The notes below the pieces were generated by a model. It saw only the letters and a program-made list of their open reading frames with translations, made no database searches and was not told the origin of the DNA. Made by a program: the position numbers and the translations under genes. Shown piece by piece: positions 18,959 through 27,829 of a DNA stretch of 64,000 bases (positions are counted from its first letter, which is position 1; every line of letters begins with the position of its first letter). This stretch comes from Akkermansiaceae bacterium (GTDB lineage: Bacteria; Verrucomicrobiota; Verrucomicrobiia; Verrucomicrobiales; Akkermansiaceae): positions 5,692-69,691 of the forward strand of contig JANPJY010000002.1 in assembly GCA_031425735.1 (NCBI GenBank), given 5' to 3'.

Positions 18959-19032
18959 TACTGCCCGCACCCTCCGCAATCCACCGAGCCCTGTCAATCC
19001 AGTCTCACAAGCCTTCTGGTTTCAATTTTTCA

Positions 19033-19137
19033 ACGCAAAGCCGCAGAGATCGCAAAGGGGCGCAAAGCTATGGATGATATGTTGAATAGGGAGGTGGATA
19101 TTACTCCTCTTTCTTCGCGTCTTAGCGGCTTTGCGCG
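19033..19137. repeat. Imperfect inverted-repeat element
   Basis: The arms are acgcaaagccgcagagatcgc (19033-19053) and gcgtcttagcggctttgcgcg (19117-19137), roughly reverse complements of each other. Confidence 0.5.
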
Positions 19138-19155
19138 AGTTCTATTCGCGATGCA

Positions 19156-19177
19156 GCCGGTCGCAGACCGGCTCTCC
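19156..19177. repeat. REP-like hairpin related to the repeats flanking the RAYT gene
   Basis: The sequence gccggtcgcagaccggctctcc contains the palindrome gccggtc-gca-gaccggc. It resembles gccggccagagaccgactctcc (59517) and gccggccggaggcacggctctcc (60188). Confidence 0.55.
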
Positions 19178-19181
19178 AGCA

Positions 19182-20279
19182 TTAGACGATCCCCTCAGCC
19201 GTCTCTTGTTTTAGGCGGAGTTGGCCGCAGGCGGCGTCGATGTCGTGGCCTTTTTCGATACGCAGGGTGGCGGTGACTCCGGCTTGTTTTAAAACGTCTT
19301 GGAAAGCTCGACAGTGTGAGAGGGCGGGGCGTTCCCACTCGAGTCCTTCGACAGTGTTGTACGGGATCAAGTTCACTTTGGCTGAAATGTTGCGTGCGTG
19401 GCGGGCGAGGATGGCGGCTTGTTCGAGATCGTCGTTGACTCCTTTGATCAAAATATACTCTAGAGTGAGCTTTTGTTTTTTGGTCGCGTTCCAATGGGCG
19501 AGTGCATCCAACAATTCCGCAACCGGGTATTTTTTGTTCACCGGCATGATGCGATTCCGGACTTCATCGGTTGCGCCGTGGAAGGAGATGGCGAGTCGGA
19601 TTTGCTGGGGATGATCGGCGAGCTGGCGGATTTGCGGAGCGAGGCCGGAGGTGGAAATGGTTAGATGGCGCGCGCCGAGGTGCAGGGTTTCGGGTCCGGT
19701 GATCAAAGCGATCGCGGCCATCAAGTTGTTGAAATTCGCCATGGGTTCGCCCATGCCCATGAACACGAGGTTGTCCACGCGCTCGCCGGAAATTTGTTCC
19801 GCGGCAAGGACTTGGCCGGCGATTTCTGCGGCGTCGAGGTTGCGGGTGTAACCGGCGAGACCTGATGCGCAGAATTTGCAACCGTAGGCGCAGCCGACCT
19901 GTGATGAAACGCACAGCGTGCGTCGATCCGATTTTTCACCGTAGAGTGCGGGGTTCGCAGGAATGAGAACGGATTCGATGTAACGGCCGTCGTGGAGTTT
20001 GAAAAGGAACTTGCGGGTGGTGTCTTCGCTTCCCTGGGTTTGTGCGTGGGTGAGGGCGGTGATCCGAAATGCAGCGGCGATTTTTTCACGCAACGCGGCT
20101 GAGAGGTTGGTCATTTGATCAAACGAGGTGACCTTTTTTTTCCAGACCCAATCGAGGATTTGTTTGGCTCTGAATGCCGGTTCGTGATTGGTAGCGAGCC
20201 ACTCCGAGAGTTCTTGCGATGAAAGCCCTGGCAAGGCAGGCAACGCGGGTTGTTTGGGGATCGGTAAAGCCTCGGACAT
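19182..20279 (-). CDS. rlmN: 23S rRNA/tRNA (adenine-C2)-methyltransferase RlmN (radical SAM)
   Basis: CxxxCxxC motif GCAYGCKFCASG, with RlmN-like N- and C-terminal regions (AACGQL). Confidence 0.9.
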   Translation of the reverse strand: MSEALPIPKQPALPALPGLSSQELSEWLATNHEPAFRAKQILDWVWKKKVTSFDQMTNLSAALREKIAAAFRITALTHAQTQGSEDTTRKFLFKLHDGRYIESVLIPANPALYGEKSDRRTLCVSSQVGCAYGCKFCASGLAGYTRNLDAAEIAGQVLAAEQISGERVDNLVFMGMGEPMANFNNLMAAIALITGPETLHLGARHLTISTSGLAPQIRQLADHPQQIRLAISFHGATDEVRNRIMPVNKKYPVAELLDALAHWNATKKQKLTLEYILIKGVNDDLEQAAILARHARNISAKVNLIPYNTVEGLEWERPALSHCRAFQDVLKQAGVTATLRIEKGHDIDAACGQLRLKQETAEGIV

Positions 20280-20285
20280 CGTGAT

Positions 20286-21470
20286 CTATTCCGAGAAGGT
20301 GAATTTAACCCCTTTGCCCGAGTAGGCCTTGGCGATGTCTTTTTCCAGCTCTGCCCATGTTTGTCCGTCTAACAGAACTGTAAGCAAATCTTCTCCTTGT
20401 TTTCCCTCTCTCAAAGCGACGAGGAATTTTTTGATTCGCGCAGCGTCTTCTTCTCGATCCAAGTGAAAGAAGTAGTTTGTGATCAACATACCGCAGCCGT
20501 AGTTAATCTGCGCGTTGCCAACGAAATTTGAGTAGGACTGAAGCATGAAGCTTTTGAGCGAACCCAGTTTAATTTCTTTGCCTAATGCTCGGCCACCTGT
20601 GCCGTCTTTTCCGTAGCCGGTGGCGTATTCGATGATGGCCTTTGAGTTGCCTTTTACGTTAAATAATCCACCCGCATAATAAGGTGTGGTTGCCACGTAT
20701 TCCGCGAGTCCTTCGGTGAACCAACCCATTGAACCCTGCGCGTAGTATTCACGTGGGGTCAACTGGTGAACGAGTTCGTGGGGAAGGGTTTTAGAGGATT
20801 TATCGCGATCCAACATGTATCCACTGCCCATTTTTTTCACTCCAAGACTCGTGAGTGGAACCATGACGATATTTTTCCCCCCAATATAAACTCCAGCGCT
20901 TCCTGGAGGGCCGCCGGCGCTGTAGTAATCAGCCTCGGATTCAAAAAGTATAATCTGATATTTTCCGTCTTTTTTAGCACCACCATTAACTCCTAGAGGT
21001 AATTCTCGGACAAATTCATGGGTAGCTTCAAACATGACGGCGAAACCTTTAACGACGGAGTTGCCGAGCCGGACATCGCAATTGTAGCGATAGTTAGCCG
21101 ACTCGTAGACGAACTCTTTGGCATCTTTATCTTCTTTGACCGTGACGATCTGGGGGTCTTCGTCAAATTTGATTCGCTCTGGCCAAGGGGCATCGAAATT
21201 CAGTTTTTCTTCACCTGGTTTCTCAGTTGCGACCTGTTCTTTTTCCGCGCTGAATTTTTCGATCCATAACTGGTCGTCCTTGGATAGTTTCGCAATGGGG
21301 AATGGGGTCTCCTTACCACTTGGTAGTTGTAAGATCGCATTACCGTTTTCCACGCGCAGGAGAAGCGCTTTAATATTTCGACCCTGATCGTCGGTCCAAA
21401 TGCGCTCAATTTGACGCCCCATGCTGAGCATGGAACCTGCAATTAGGAAAATGATGATGGGAAATTTCAC
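20286..21470 (-). CDS. Secreted HExxH metallopeptidase-like protein (DUF1570-like) with an N-terminal SHD1 domain
   Basis: Has a signal peptide. The SHD1-like segment is RIWTDDQGRNIKALLLRVENGNAILQLPSGKETPFPIAKLSKDDQLWI. HELVHQL and EGLAEY motifs are present. Confidence 0.65.
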   Translation of the reverse strand: MKFPIIIFLIAGSMLSMGRQIERIWTDDQGRNIKALLLRVENGNAILQLPSGKETPFPIAKLSKDDQLWIEKFSAEKEQVATEKPGEEKLNFDAPWPERIKFDEDPQIVTVKEDKDAKEFVYESANYRYNCDVRLGNSVVKGFAVMFEATHEFVRELPLGVNGGAKKDGKYQIILFESEADYYSAGGPPGSAGVYIGGKNIVMVPLTSLGVKKMGSGYMLDRDKSSKTLPHELVHQLTPREYYAQGSMGWFTEGLAEYVATTPYYAGGLFNVKGNSKAIIEYATGYGKDGTGGRALGKEIKLGSLKSFMLQSYSNFVGNAQINYGCGMLITNYFFHLDREEDAARIKKFLVALREGKQGEDLLTVLLDGQTWAELEKDIAKAYSGKGVKFTFSE

Positions 21471-21548
21471 GGCTTCGCCAAAGAAGCTGCCATCAATTAT
21501 TTTGTAAGTCGAACTCTGAATCGATCCCGATTAGCCCACATTGAGCTT

Positions 21549-22520
21549 TTATTTTCCGAGGCGGAGAGAGAAGTCCTTACCCTTTTGGATATTCAGTTTC
21601 TCGATTCGCTCGCGGATATCATCGGGTGCGGCGGCTTTGTCTTGCTCCGTATCCCAGGGGCCTGACCAAATGATCTTGTTGGATAAGTCGTGGACGGTGA
21701 CTTCGGTGTTATCTCCAGTGGATTTGATTTCGACCGATCCTTGGTTATCCATCATGCGGATAGTTGATTGACGCTGGAGCTGGAAGTTCTGAGCCTGATC
21801 GGGATTGATTTTTGGCTCTTCTTCCATGGCGCGTTTCATGCGCTCGCGAAGCATGCGGAATCTTTCGTCGATGGGTGCATCTGGCACGAGTAATTCCTCA
21901 AATCCATTTTCGCCGAGTGCTCCGAGATTTTGTTCGATTAAATCACGCAAGCGCAGTGCTTGGCCATCTGGTACGCCGTCGAGTAGCGGGGCTCGATTTT
22001 GAGGGTCTGCCAATTGACCAGCCGGACGCTCGGCGAGTGTGACTTCGAGAGTGGAGGGCTTACCTTTTTGGATAGCTTTTAATTTAAGTTTATCGCCAAT
22101 TTTCAAACTGCGGATTTTCGCGCTGAATGCTTCCGGATCGTTAATGGCAGTCTCATTGATGTGGAGAATAATGTCGTTGGTTTTGATACCTGAGAGATCT
22201 GCTGGGCTGTTCGGCATCACGGTGCGGATGATGACGCCAGTGCCATGTGCGAGATTGAGATGATCCGCAACCATTTCGGGGAGCGATGCGGTGACTACGC
22301 CGATGAATGGCAATTTCATCTGAACCTCGTCGATTTTGTCAACGCCATCTAACAGAGCCGCGGGTGGCTTCGCGTTATCTGGCTGCGGGTCGATAGCTAA
22401 TGCGGTGTTGATGGCGAACAATGAAAACACGCCGATGACACCAGCGGTAAGGATGGGTGATGGGGTTTGTGAGTTCATGACGAATGATTGGTTTGATGAA
22501 TGTGTGAAAAGATCAGTCAA
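21549..22520 (-). CDS. Periplasmic PDZ-domain protein
   Basis: Has a signal/TM segment. The PDZ-like block is GVIIRTVMPNSPADLSGIKTNDIILHINETAIND. It overlaps the anti-sigma gene by 8 nt. Confidence 0.7.
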   Translation of the reverse strand: MTDLFTHSSNQSFVMNSQTPSPILTAGVIGVFSLFAINTALAIDPQPDNAKPPAALLDGVDKIDEVQMKLPFIGVVTASLPEMVADHLNLAHGTGVIIRTVMPNSPADLSGIKTNDIILHINETAINDPEAFSAKIRSLKIGDKLKLKAIQKGKPSTLEVTLAERPAGQLADPQNRAPLLDGVPDGQALRLRDLIEQNLGALGENGFEELLVPDAPIDERFRMLRERMKRAMEEEPKINPDQAQNFQLQRQSTIRMMDNQGSVEIKSTGDNTEVTVHDLSNKIIWSGPWDTEQDKAAAPDDIRERIEKLNIQKGKDFSLRLGK

Positions 22521-23157
22521 TTTTTTCAGGAATGATCACATACTCTTCGCGAGGTCGCTCGACTTGAAAGGATTCACCTTTTTCGTTTTTGAGGGTGACG
22601 CGATCCATGTAAGTGAAGCGCATGACACGGTGTGGGCGGTTGGATTGATTCCAAATCACACCTTCATCGCGAGTATCGCTTAGATTTCTGTGAAAACCTG
22701 CGGGTGCAAAAGAGCTAGGAGCGGGGGTGGTGATTGTTGAGGGTTGTTGGACGAAGCGCTGAGGCGTAACTGCGACCGTTTCGTGGGTTTGGTTTGGAGT
22801 GATCCAAGCGGCGAGTGAACCAAGTAGCGCCACAGCGGCAGCGGCGGCGATGTTGAAACGGCGGAACTTCGAGGTGGTTTCACTGGCACGAGATGTAGAC
22901 TTGTGGAAGAGCACGATTTTTTCGTCAACGTGGAAGGGAGTGTTGTTGAGGATGTCGATCAGTGTGGTGTCGAAGGAAGAGGAAAGCTTGGGTGGCGAAA
23001 ATTTGCGCAGGCTGTTTTCAAATTGCAGTTCTGCGTCGGAGAGTTCGGTGAGAGAGCCATCGGCGGAGGCGAGCAGCCGTGACATGAAATCGTCATCGAG
23101 TTTGTTCGGCTGGAGATCCGCTAGTTTTTGTTCGGCGATGGTTGGAATTTTCGACAT
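22513..23157 (-). CDS. Putative anti-sigma factor (single-pass membrane protein)
   Basis: Lies directly downstream of the ECF sigma gene and has one TM helix (FNIAAAAAVALLGSLAAWI). The call rests on position and topology only. Confidence 0.5.
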   Translation of the reverse strand: MSKIPTIAEQKLADLQPNKLDDDFMSRLLASADGSLTELSDAELQFENSLRKFSPPKLSSSFDTTLIDILNNTPFHVDEKIVLFHKSTSRASETTSKFRRFNIAAAAAVALLGSLAAWITPNQTHETVAVTPQRFVQQPSTITTPAPSSFAPAGFHRNLSDTRDEGVIWNQSNRPHRVMRFTYMDRVTLKNEKGESFQVERPREEYVIIPEKID

Positions 23158-23173
23158 ATTGGGAAATTAGATT

Positions 23174-23752
23174 TCAGATAGAGAGATCGCCACGTTTGCG
23201 GGCGGAGGCGAGTTCACGTTTCAAAGCTTCAAGTCCATAGCGATACCGAGAGGCCGCTGTGTTTTGGGAAATTTCAAGAGCGTCACCAATTTCAGCGAAG
23301 GTGCGGTCACCCCAGATTTTCATGATGATCACGGATGAGAATTTTTCGGGCAGAGTTTTCAGAGCTGCTTCAAGCTGTTCGCGGGTCTCGTCATCGCTAT
23401 CTGCGGAATAAAACCATGGGTGAAAGACCTCGAATTGATCGGTTTTGATGTCCTCTGAAACGTGATCTTCGCGGCGTTTTCTGCGGTCGTCTTTTCTGGA
23501 AAGGTCGATCGCTAGTCGACGAATCGTTGCGTAAAGGTAAGGTTGCCAAGCATCCTGTCCGCCGACGAATTCACCAGCGCGGATTTTATCAACCAGTTTA
23601 ACGATGGCGTCTTGAAGGACGTCTTGGGCGTCTTCGTGGGAGCGCGTTTGGTTTCTCGCGAAGAGGAAAAGTCGAGGTCCGTGCTCGTCCAGCCACGCGC
23701 GCCAAGCGGCGGTTGCAGGTGAGGACTGTTGTGGAGCTTCGATGGCTGACAT
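23174..23752 (-). CDS. ECF-type RNA polymerase sigma factor
   Basis: Region 2 (DVLQDAIVKL..YLYATIRRLAIDLSRK) and the region 4 helix-turn-helix (TFAEIGDALEISQNTAASRYRYGLEALK) are both present. Confidence 0.85.
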   Translation of the reverse strand: MSAIEAPQQSSPATAAWRAWLDEHGPRLFLFARNQTRSHEDAQDVLQDAIVKLVDKIRAGEFVGGQDAWQPYLYATIRRLAIDLSRKDDRRKRREDHVSEDIKTDQFEVFHPWFYSADSDDETREQLEAALKTLPEKFSSVIIMKIWGDRTFAEIGDALEISQNTAASRYRYGLEALKRELASARKRGDLSI

Positions 23753-23817
23753 GATGAAAAGTCAAATTCACAGCGCAGCTATATGGGGAATTTGTCTAAA
23801 TTTCCCGCCACCCATAG

Positions 23818-24324
23818 CTAATGCGGCCAGAGAGTGAAGCGCTGGTGGTGGTAATGGTCTTTTGGACTGAATAACCAACCGGGCTGGCGGCTTACGACTT
23901 GGTAGTCGGAAAGTGCGAAAACTGGCAGGACTTGGTTGCTGTTGGGATCGTAAGCTTTTTCGCCAGTATAGTTGCCATAAATGCGGTATTCGTAGTTGTT
24001 ATCAAAGCCGTAGCGCGCACCCTGAGGACCGTCTTCCGAGAGGCGATCTGGATTTTTCCTGCGGTTTTCTTTGAAAATGACCAATTTAGACTTTTCAGCC
24101 GATTGACGGGGCTCGCGCAGATATCCCCAAAAACGGGTTTTTTCCACGTAGTAGCGTCGGCCGTAATAGAAATTTCCTGTCGGTTCGCTAGCGATGGCGG
24201 CTTGGCGTTCTTCTAGAGTTGGGCCGCCCATGTTGGGAGATCCGGAGCCGTTGCCGCCGGATCCAGCGCATTGGCAGAGAACTAAGCAAGCGGCTGCGAT
24301 GGATGCCAATTTTAGATGTAACAT
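23818..24324 (-). CDS. Secreted or lipoprotein-like hypothetical protein
   Basis: 168-aa ORF with an N-terminal hydrophobic segment ending in Cys residues (ACLVLCQCAGSGG). Confidence 0.5.
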   Translation of the reverse strand: MLHLKLASIAAACLVLCQCAGSGGNGSGSPNMGGPTLEERQAAIASEPTGNFYYGRRYYVEKTRFWGYLREPRQSAEKSKLVIFKENRRKNPDRLSEDGPQGARYGFDNNYEYRIYGNYTGEKAYDPNSNQVLPVFALSDYQVVSRQPGWLFSPKDHYHHQRFTLWPH

Positions 24325-24366
24325 AGGATGAGGATAGTTTGCTTAGCGGCCGGATGAAAGACCCGA

Positions 24367-25599
24367 TTACGACATTTGTGCTTTAAGGCGGCGGCAGACT
24401 TCCTCGACGTTTTCGCGGGTGTTGAAGGCGGAAATGCGGAAATAGCCTTCGCCAGCAGAGCCGAAACCTGAGCCCGGGGTGATGACGACTTGGGCTTCTT
24501 GGAGCATTTTATCAAACATCTGCCACGAGCTAATGCCTTGTGGGCAACCCACCCAAACGTATGGAGCGTTGACGCCGCCGAACACTTTCAAGCCGAGAGC
24601 TAGGCTTGCCTCGCGAAGGAGTTTCGCATTTCCCATGTAATGACTGATGAGCGCGGAAACTTGTTTTTTGCCATCTTCAGAAAAGACCGCTGCCGCACCT
24701 TTTTGCACGGGGTAGGATGCGCCGTTGAATTTGGTGGAGTGGCGGCGTGACCAGAGTTGGTGAATTGGGATCGGCGTGCCGTCCTCAGTGCGACCGGAAA
24801 CGGATTTCGGAATCACCACGTAAGCGCAGCGCACGCCGGTGAAGCCACCGTTTTTCGAGAACGAGCGGAACTCGATGGCGCAGTCTTTCGCACCTTCGAT
24901 TTCGTAGATGGAATGCGGGATTTCTGGATCCTGAATGAAAGCTTCGTAGGCGGCATCGAAGAGGATGATCGCATCGTTTTTCTTGGCGTAGTTGACCCAC
25001 TCGGTGAGCTGCGCACGGGTGGCGACGGCACCCGTTGGGTTGTTGGGAAAGCAGAGATAAATGAGATCGGCTTTCTCGGATGGGACACCGGCGACGAATT
25101 CGTTTTCTGCGTTGCAAGGCAGGTAAAGCAGGCCGGCGTAGGAGCCATTTTCATCGGCTTCTCCGGTGTTACCAGCCATGACGTTGGTATCGACGTATAC
25201 GGGGTAAACCGGATCGGTAATGGCGATGACGTTACCTTTTCCGAAGATGTCCAAAATGTTTCCCGTGTCGCACTTCGAACCATCGGAAATGAAAACTTCA
25301 TCGGCGGAGATTCCGAGATTGGCGAATTGATTGTCGACGATCGCCTGGCGGAGAAACTCGTAACCTTGCTCCGGGCCGTAACCTTTGAACGTGGCGCGAT
25401 CGCCTTGCTCATCGACCGCAACATGCATCGCCTCGCGCACGGCGGCGGGCAGAGGCTCGGTAACATCGCCGATCCCGCAACGGATGATGCGCGCGGCTTT
25501 GTCGGGGTTCGCTTCCGTGTAAGCTTTCACGCGACGTGCGATTTCAGGAAAGAGGTAGCCCGCTTTGAGTTTGAGAAAATTGGAATTGATCGTTGCCAT
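24367..25599 (-). CDS. dapL: LL-diaminopimelate aminotransferase
   Basis: N-terminus [21 protein letters not shown], a PLP aminotransferase fold and [15 protein letters not shown] (the PLP lysine region). Confidence 0.85.
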   Translation of the reverse strand: MATINSNFLKLKAGYLFPEIARRVKAYTEANPDKAARIIRCGIGDVTEPLPAAVREAMHVAVDEQGDRATFKGYGPEQGYEFLRQAIVDNQFANLGISADEVFISDGSKCDTGNILDIFGKGNVIAITDPVYPVYVDTNVMAGNTGEADENGSYAGLLYLPCNAENEFVAGVPSEKADLIYLCFPNNPTGAVATRAQLTEWVNYAKKNDAIILFDAAYEAFIQDPEIPHSIYEIEGAKDCAIEFRSFSKNGGFTGVRCAYVVIPKSVSGRTEDGTPIPIHQLWSRRHSTKFNGASYPVQKGAAAVFSEDGKKQVSALISHYMGNAKLLREASLALGLKVFGGVNAPYVWVGCPQGISSWQMFDKMLQEAQVVITPGSGFGSAGEGYFRISAFNTRENVEEVCRRLKAQMS

Positions 25600-25671
25600 G
25601 CGGGGAGGATGTAGGCGCGAGAGGGGATTTGGGCAAGTGCGGGATTTAAGAAAAGGGGGACTTTTCCTAGC

Positions 25672-26619
25672 CTACGCCACTGGCGTGAGATGAGGCTTGC
25701 GCTTCCACTGCATCAAAAGATTTGCGAGTAAGATCAATCCACCACCCATGCCCAGTGACAGTGTGAATGATTCGTTAGGATAAACGGCTCCGATAAATGC
25801 GCCGAGCATCGCTGGCATAAAGAGCACATACGCTGCGGTGAAAACGGGCTCGGAAGTATAGATCAAACCCGCCTCGGTGGCCGATACCTTGCGCTGCCAA
25901 ATGTTCATTAGTAAATACGCGCCGACAGAACATGGCAGTGCGAGCGCCAGAACGATCATCATGCTTTGCAAGGATGCACCCGCTTCGATGCAGGCATCAA
26001 AACTTGGCGCAACCAACCATGTGATAGGTATAAATAGAAGCGCTATCCCCGCAAACATCATCACGGTCACAGGCATTCCGCGGTTGTTCTGATATTTAGG
26101 ATTTTCCAAAGTGAGAATTTGGAAGGTGAACAAGAAGGCGGCTAGTAACGTTTCGATCTCTCCACGTCCCATCTGCATCTTGCCCCAACGGAAACCGGAT
26201 AAAATAGCACAGCCAAAGATCACAAAACTCGTCGCAACAACCACACGCCAGCCAGGCGCTTGGCGGTGACGCAAGCAGGCCCACAAGGGGAGAATCACGC
26301 AATAGGCTTGAGTCAAAAATGCCGATGTCGATGCATCCGTGTAAGCCAAAGCATCTGCCTGAAGCCACATCGCTAACCCGCCCCAGAACGCTAACTGCAA
26401 GCCTTGGGACAATTCTATTTTGGAAATCGCATTACGTCGCAGCACGAAAGGTAGCAGCAAAATCGATGCGCAAAGAAATCGCACACACTGCAACCATGAC
26501 GAAAGAAAGACGCTCGAAGCCTCAGGCATGCGGGTTGCCTGTTCGAGATTGAGTGCCTTCATCAAAGGAAAACTCAGACCCCACAGGGAGCACGCTAAGA
26601 TGAGAAATAGTAATGCCAT
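25672..26619 (-). CDS. DMT/EamA-family transporter
   Basis: 315 aa with about 10 hydrophobic helices in two EamA-like halves. Confidence 0.7.
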   Translation of the reverse strand: MALLFLILACSLWGLSFPLMKALNLEQATRMPEASSVFLSSWLQCVRFLCASILLLPFVLRRNAISKIELSQGLQLAFWGGLAMWLQADALAYTDASTSAFLTQAYCVILPLWACLRHRQAPGWRVVVATSFVIFGCAILSGFRWGKMQMGRGEIETLLAAFLFTFQILTLENPKYQNNRGMPVTVMMFAGIALLFIPITWLVAPSFDACIEAGASLQSMMIVLALALPCSVGAYLLMNIWQRKVSATEAGLIYTSEPVFTAAYVLFMPAMLGAFIGAVYPNESFTLSLGMGGGLILLANLLMQWKRKPHLTPVA

Positions 26620-26715
26620 TGAATGATTCGTATCAGAGGTGCTTTGATTGAATGTTCATCTATGCGCTCTAACCTACTCAACCAAATTCTAAAATCAAAA
26701 GTTAAGCGCGCAGCT

Positions 26716-26783
26716 CCTCCGTTTCCTCTGTTACCTTCTGTGAAGAAAATATTTTTCACAGGAGCAAACGGAGATAACGGAGG
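26716..26783. repeat. Intergenic long hairpin
   Basis: cctccgtt..ttctgtgaa / ttcacag..aacggagg. The arms pair around an AT-rich loop (gaaaatattttt). Confidence 0.5.
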
Positions 26784-26843
26784 ATGTTTCATCACCACTT
26801 CCAAACGCCTTGCACCTTGGGTTGGTTGGGTTAGCCTGCGGGC

Positions 26844-27653
26844 GTGAGAACGTTAGATGCCTGTGCGAAACCTGATTTGTTGTTGTCGTTTGATTTCGAT
26901 GGGACGCTTCATTATCCCGCAGAGGCTGAGCCAGTGCCCGTGGCGTTTTTTGAAACGATACGAAATCTTCGCGAAACCCGCAGCGCGGTTTGGGGAATTA
27001 ACACCGGGCGTTCGATGCCGCATGTGATCGAGGGTTTGGTGGAGAGCAAATTTCCGTTTCTCCCAGATTGGGTGATCGCACGTGAGCGGGAGATTTTTTT
27101 CCCGAATACTTTTGGTCGGTTTCAACCGCATCAGGAATGGAATGCTCGTTGTGAAAAGGACATTCACCAGCTTTTCAAAAAAGCAGGTAAGACGCTCAAA
27201 CAAATCCGCAAACTCGTCGAAGAACACACCGGCGCTCAATACATCGAGCTAGATGGCGATCCCGCTGGGCTAATCTCACGCACCGAAGAAGAAATGGAGT
27301 GGATCGTGTATCGCATCGCTCCCTTGGTGAACGAAGTGCCGGAGCTGAGCTGGCAGAGGAATTCGATTTATCTCCGATTCGGTCACAAGAATTATCAGAA
27401 AGGCACCACGCTATCCGAGATCACGCGACTGTATGAGTTAGACGTCGCCCGCACCTTCGCGATGGGCGACAGCCACAACGATGTCGAAATGCTTTCCGCA
27501 GAACATTCCGGCCAAGCCGCCTGTCCCGCGAACGCCGTCGATGAAATCCACAAAATCATCGAATCCAGAAATGGCTACGTCGCAAAAGCCGCGCATGGAA
27601 ACGGCGTGGTGGAGGCGTTGAGTGCGATCTATGGGCAAACGGATCTAGAATAA
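26844..27653 (+). CDS. HAD-IIB family hydrolase (Cof/sucrose-phosphatase-like)
   Basis: HAD motifs FDFDGTL, GINTGR and GDSHNDVEM. GTG start as listed in the ORF track. Confidence 0.75.
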   Translation: MRTLDACAKPDLLLSFDFDGTLHYPAEAEPVPVAFFETIRNLRETRSAVWGINTGRSMPHVIEGLVESKFPFLPDWVIAREREIFFPNTFGRFQPHQEWNARCEKDIHQLFKKAGKTLKQIRKLVEEHTGAQYIELDGDPAGLISRTEEEMEWIVYRIAPLVNEVPELSWQRNSIYLRFGHKNYQKGTTLSEITRLYELDVARTFAMGDSHNDVEMLSAEHSGQAACPANAVDEIHKIIESRNGYVAKAAHGNGVVEALSAIYGQTDLE

Positions 27654-27657
27654 GACT

Positions 27658-27777
27658 AACCACGAATTTCGCGAATAACTCGAATTTTTAAGACCAAGAA
27701 TTAAACCCTTTTCTCTTATTCGTGCCCACCTTGTCCGTCGTAGCCTAGGCGAAGTCGGATTCGTGAAATTCGTGGTT
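27658..27777. repeat. Palindromic AACCACG-type intergenic element
   Basis: The arms aaccacgaatttcgcgaat (27658-27676) and attcgtgaaattcgtggtt (27759-27777) are 18/19 complementary. The element starts 5 nt after the HAD gene stop. Confidence 0.65.
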
Positions 27778-27829
27778 AAAAAACTCTGCTATTAAAAATC
27801 GCAAGGCGAACCTTGCAAGTTCCGCCAGA

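Noticed and set aside
24757-25614. A 285-aa plus-strand ORF antisense to dapL. Similar long antisense or out-of-frame ORFs occur at 353..610, 398..808, 3669..4394, 7081..7596, 8463..9002, 10463..10981, 28187..28837, 30626..31420, 34311..34886 and 47558..48031.
   Set aside because: Each lies entirely inside a gene with strong family motifs on the other strand or frame. Their translations are low-complexity (Arg/Gly/Ala-rich) with no motifs. These are typical shadow ORFs.
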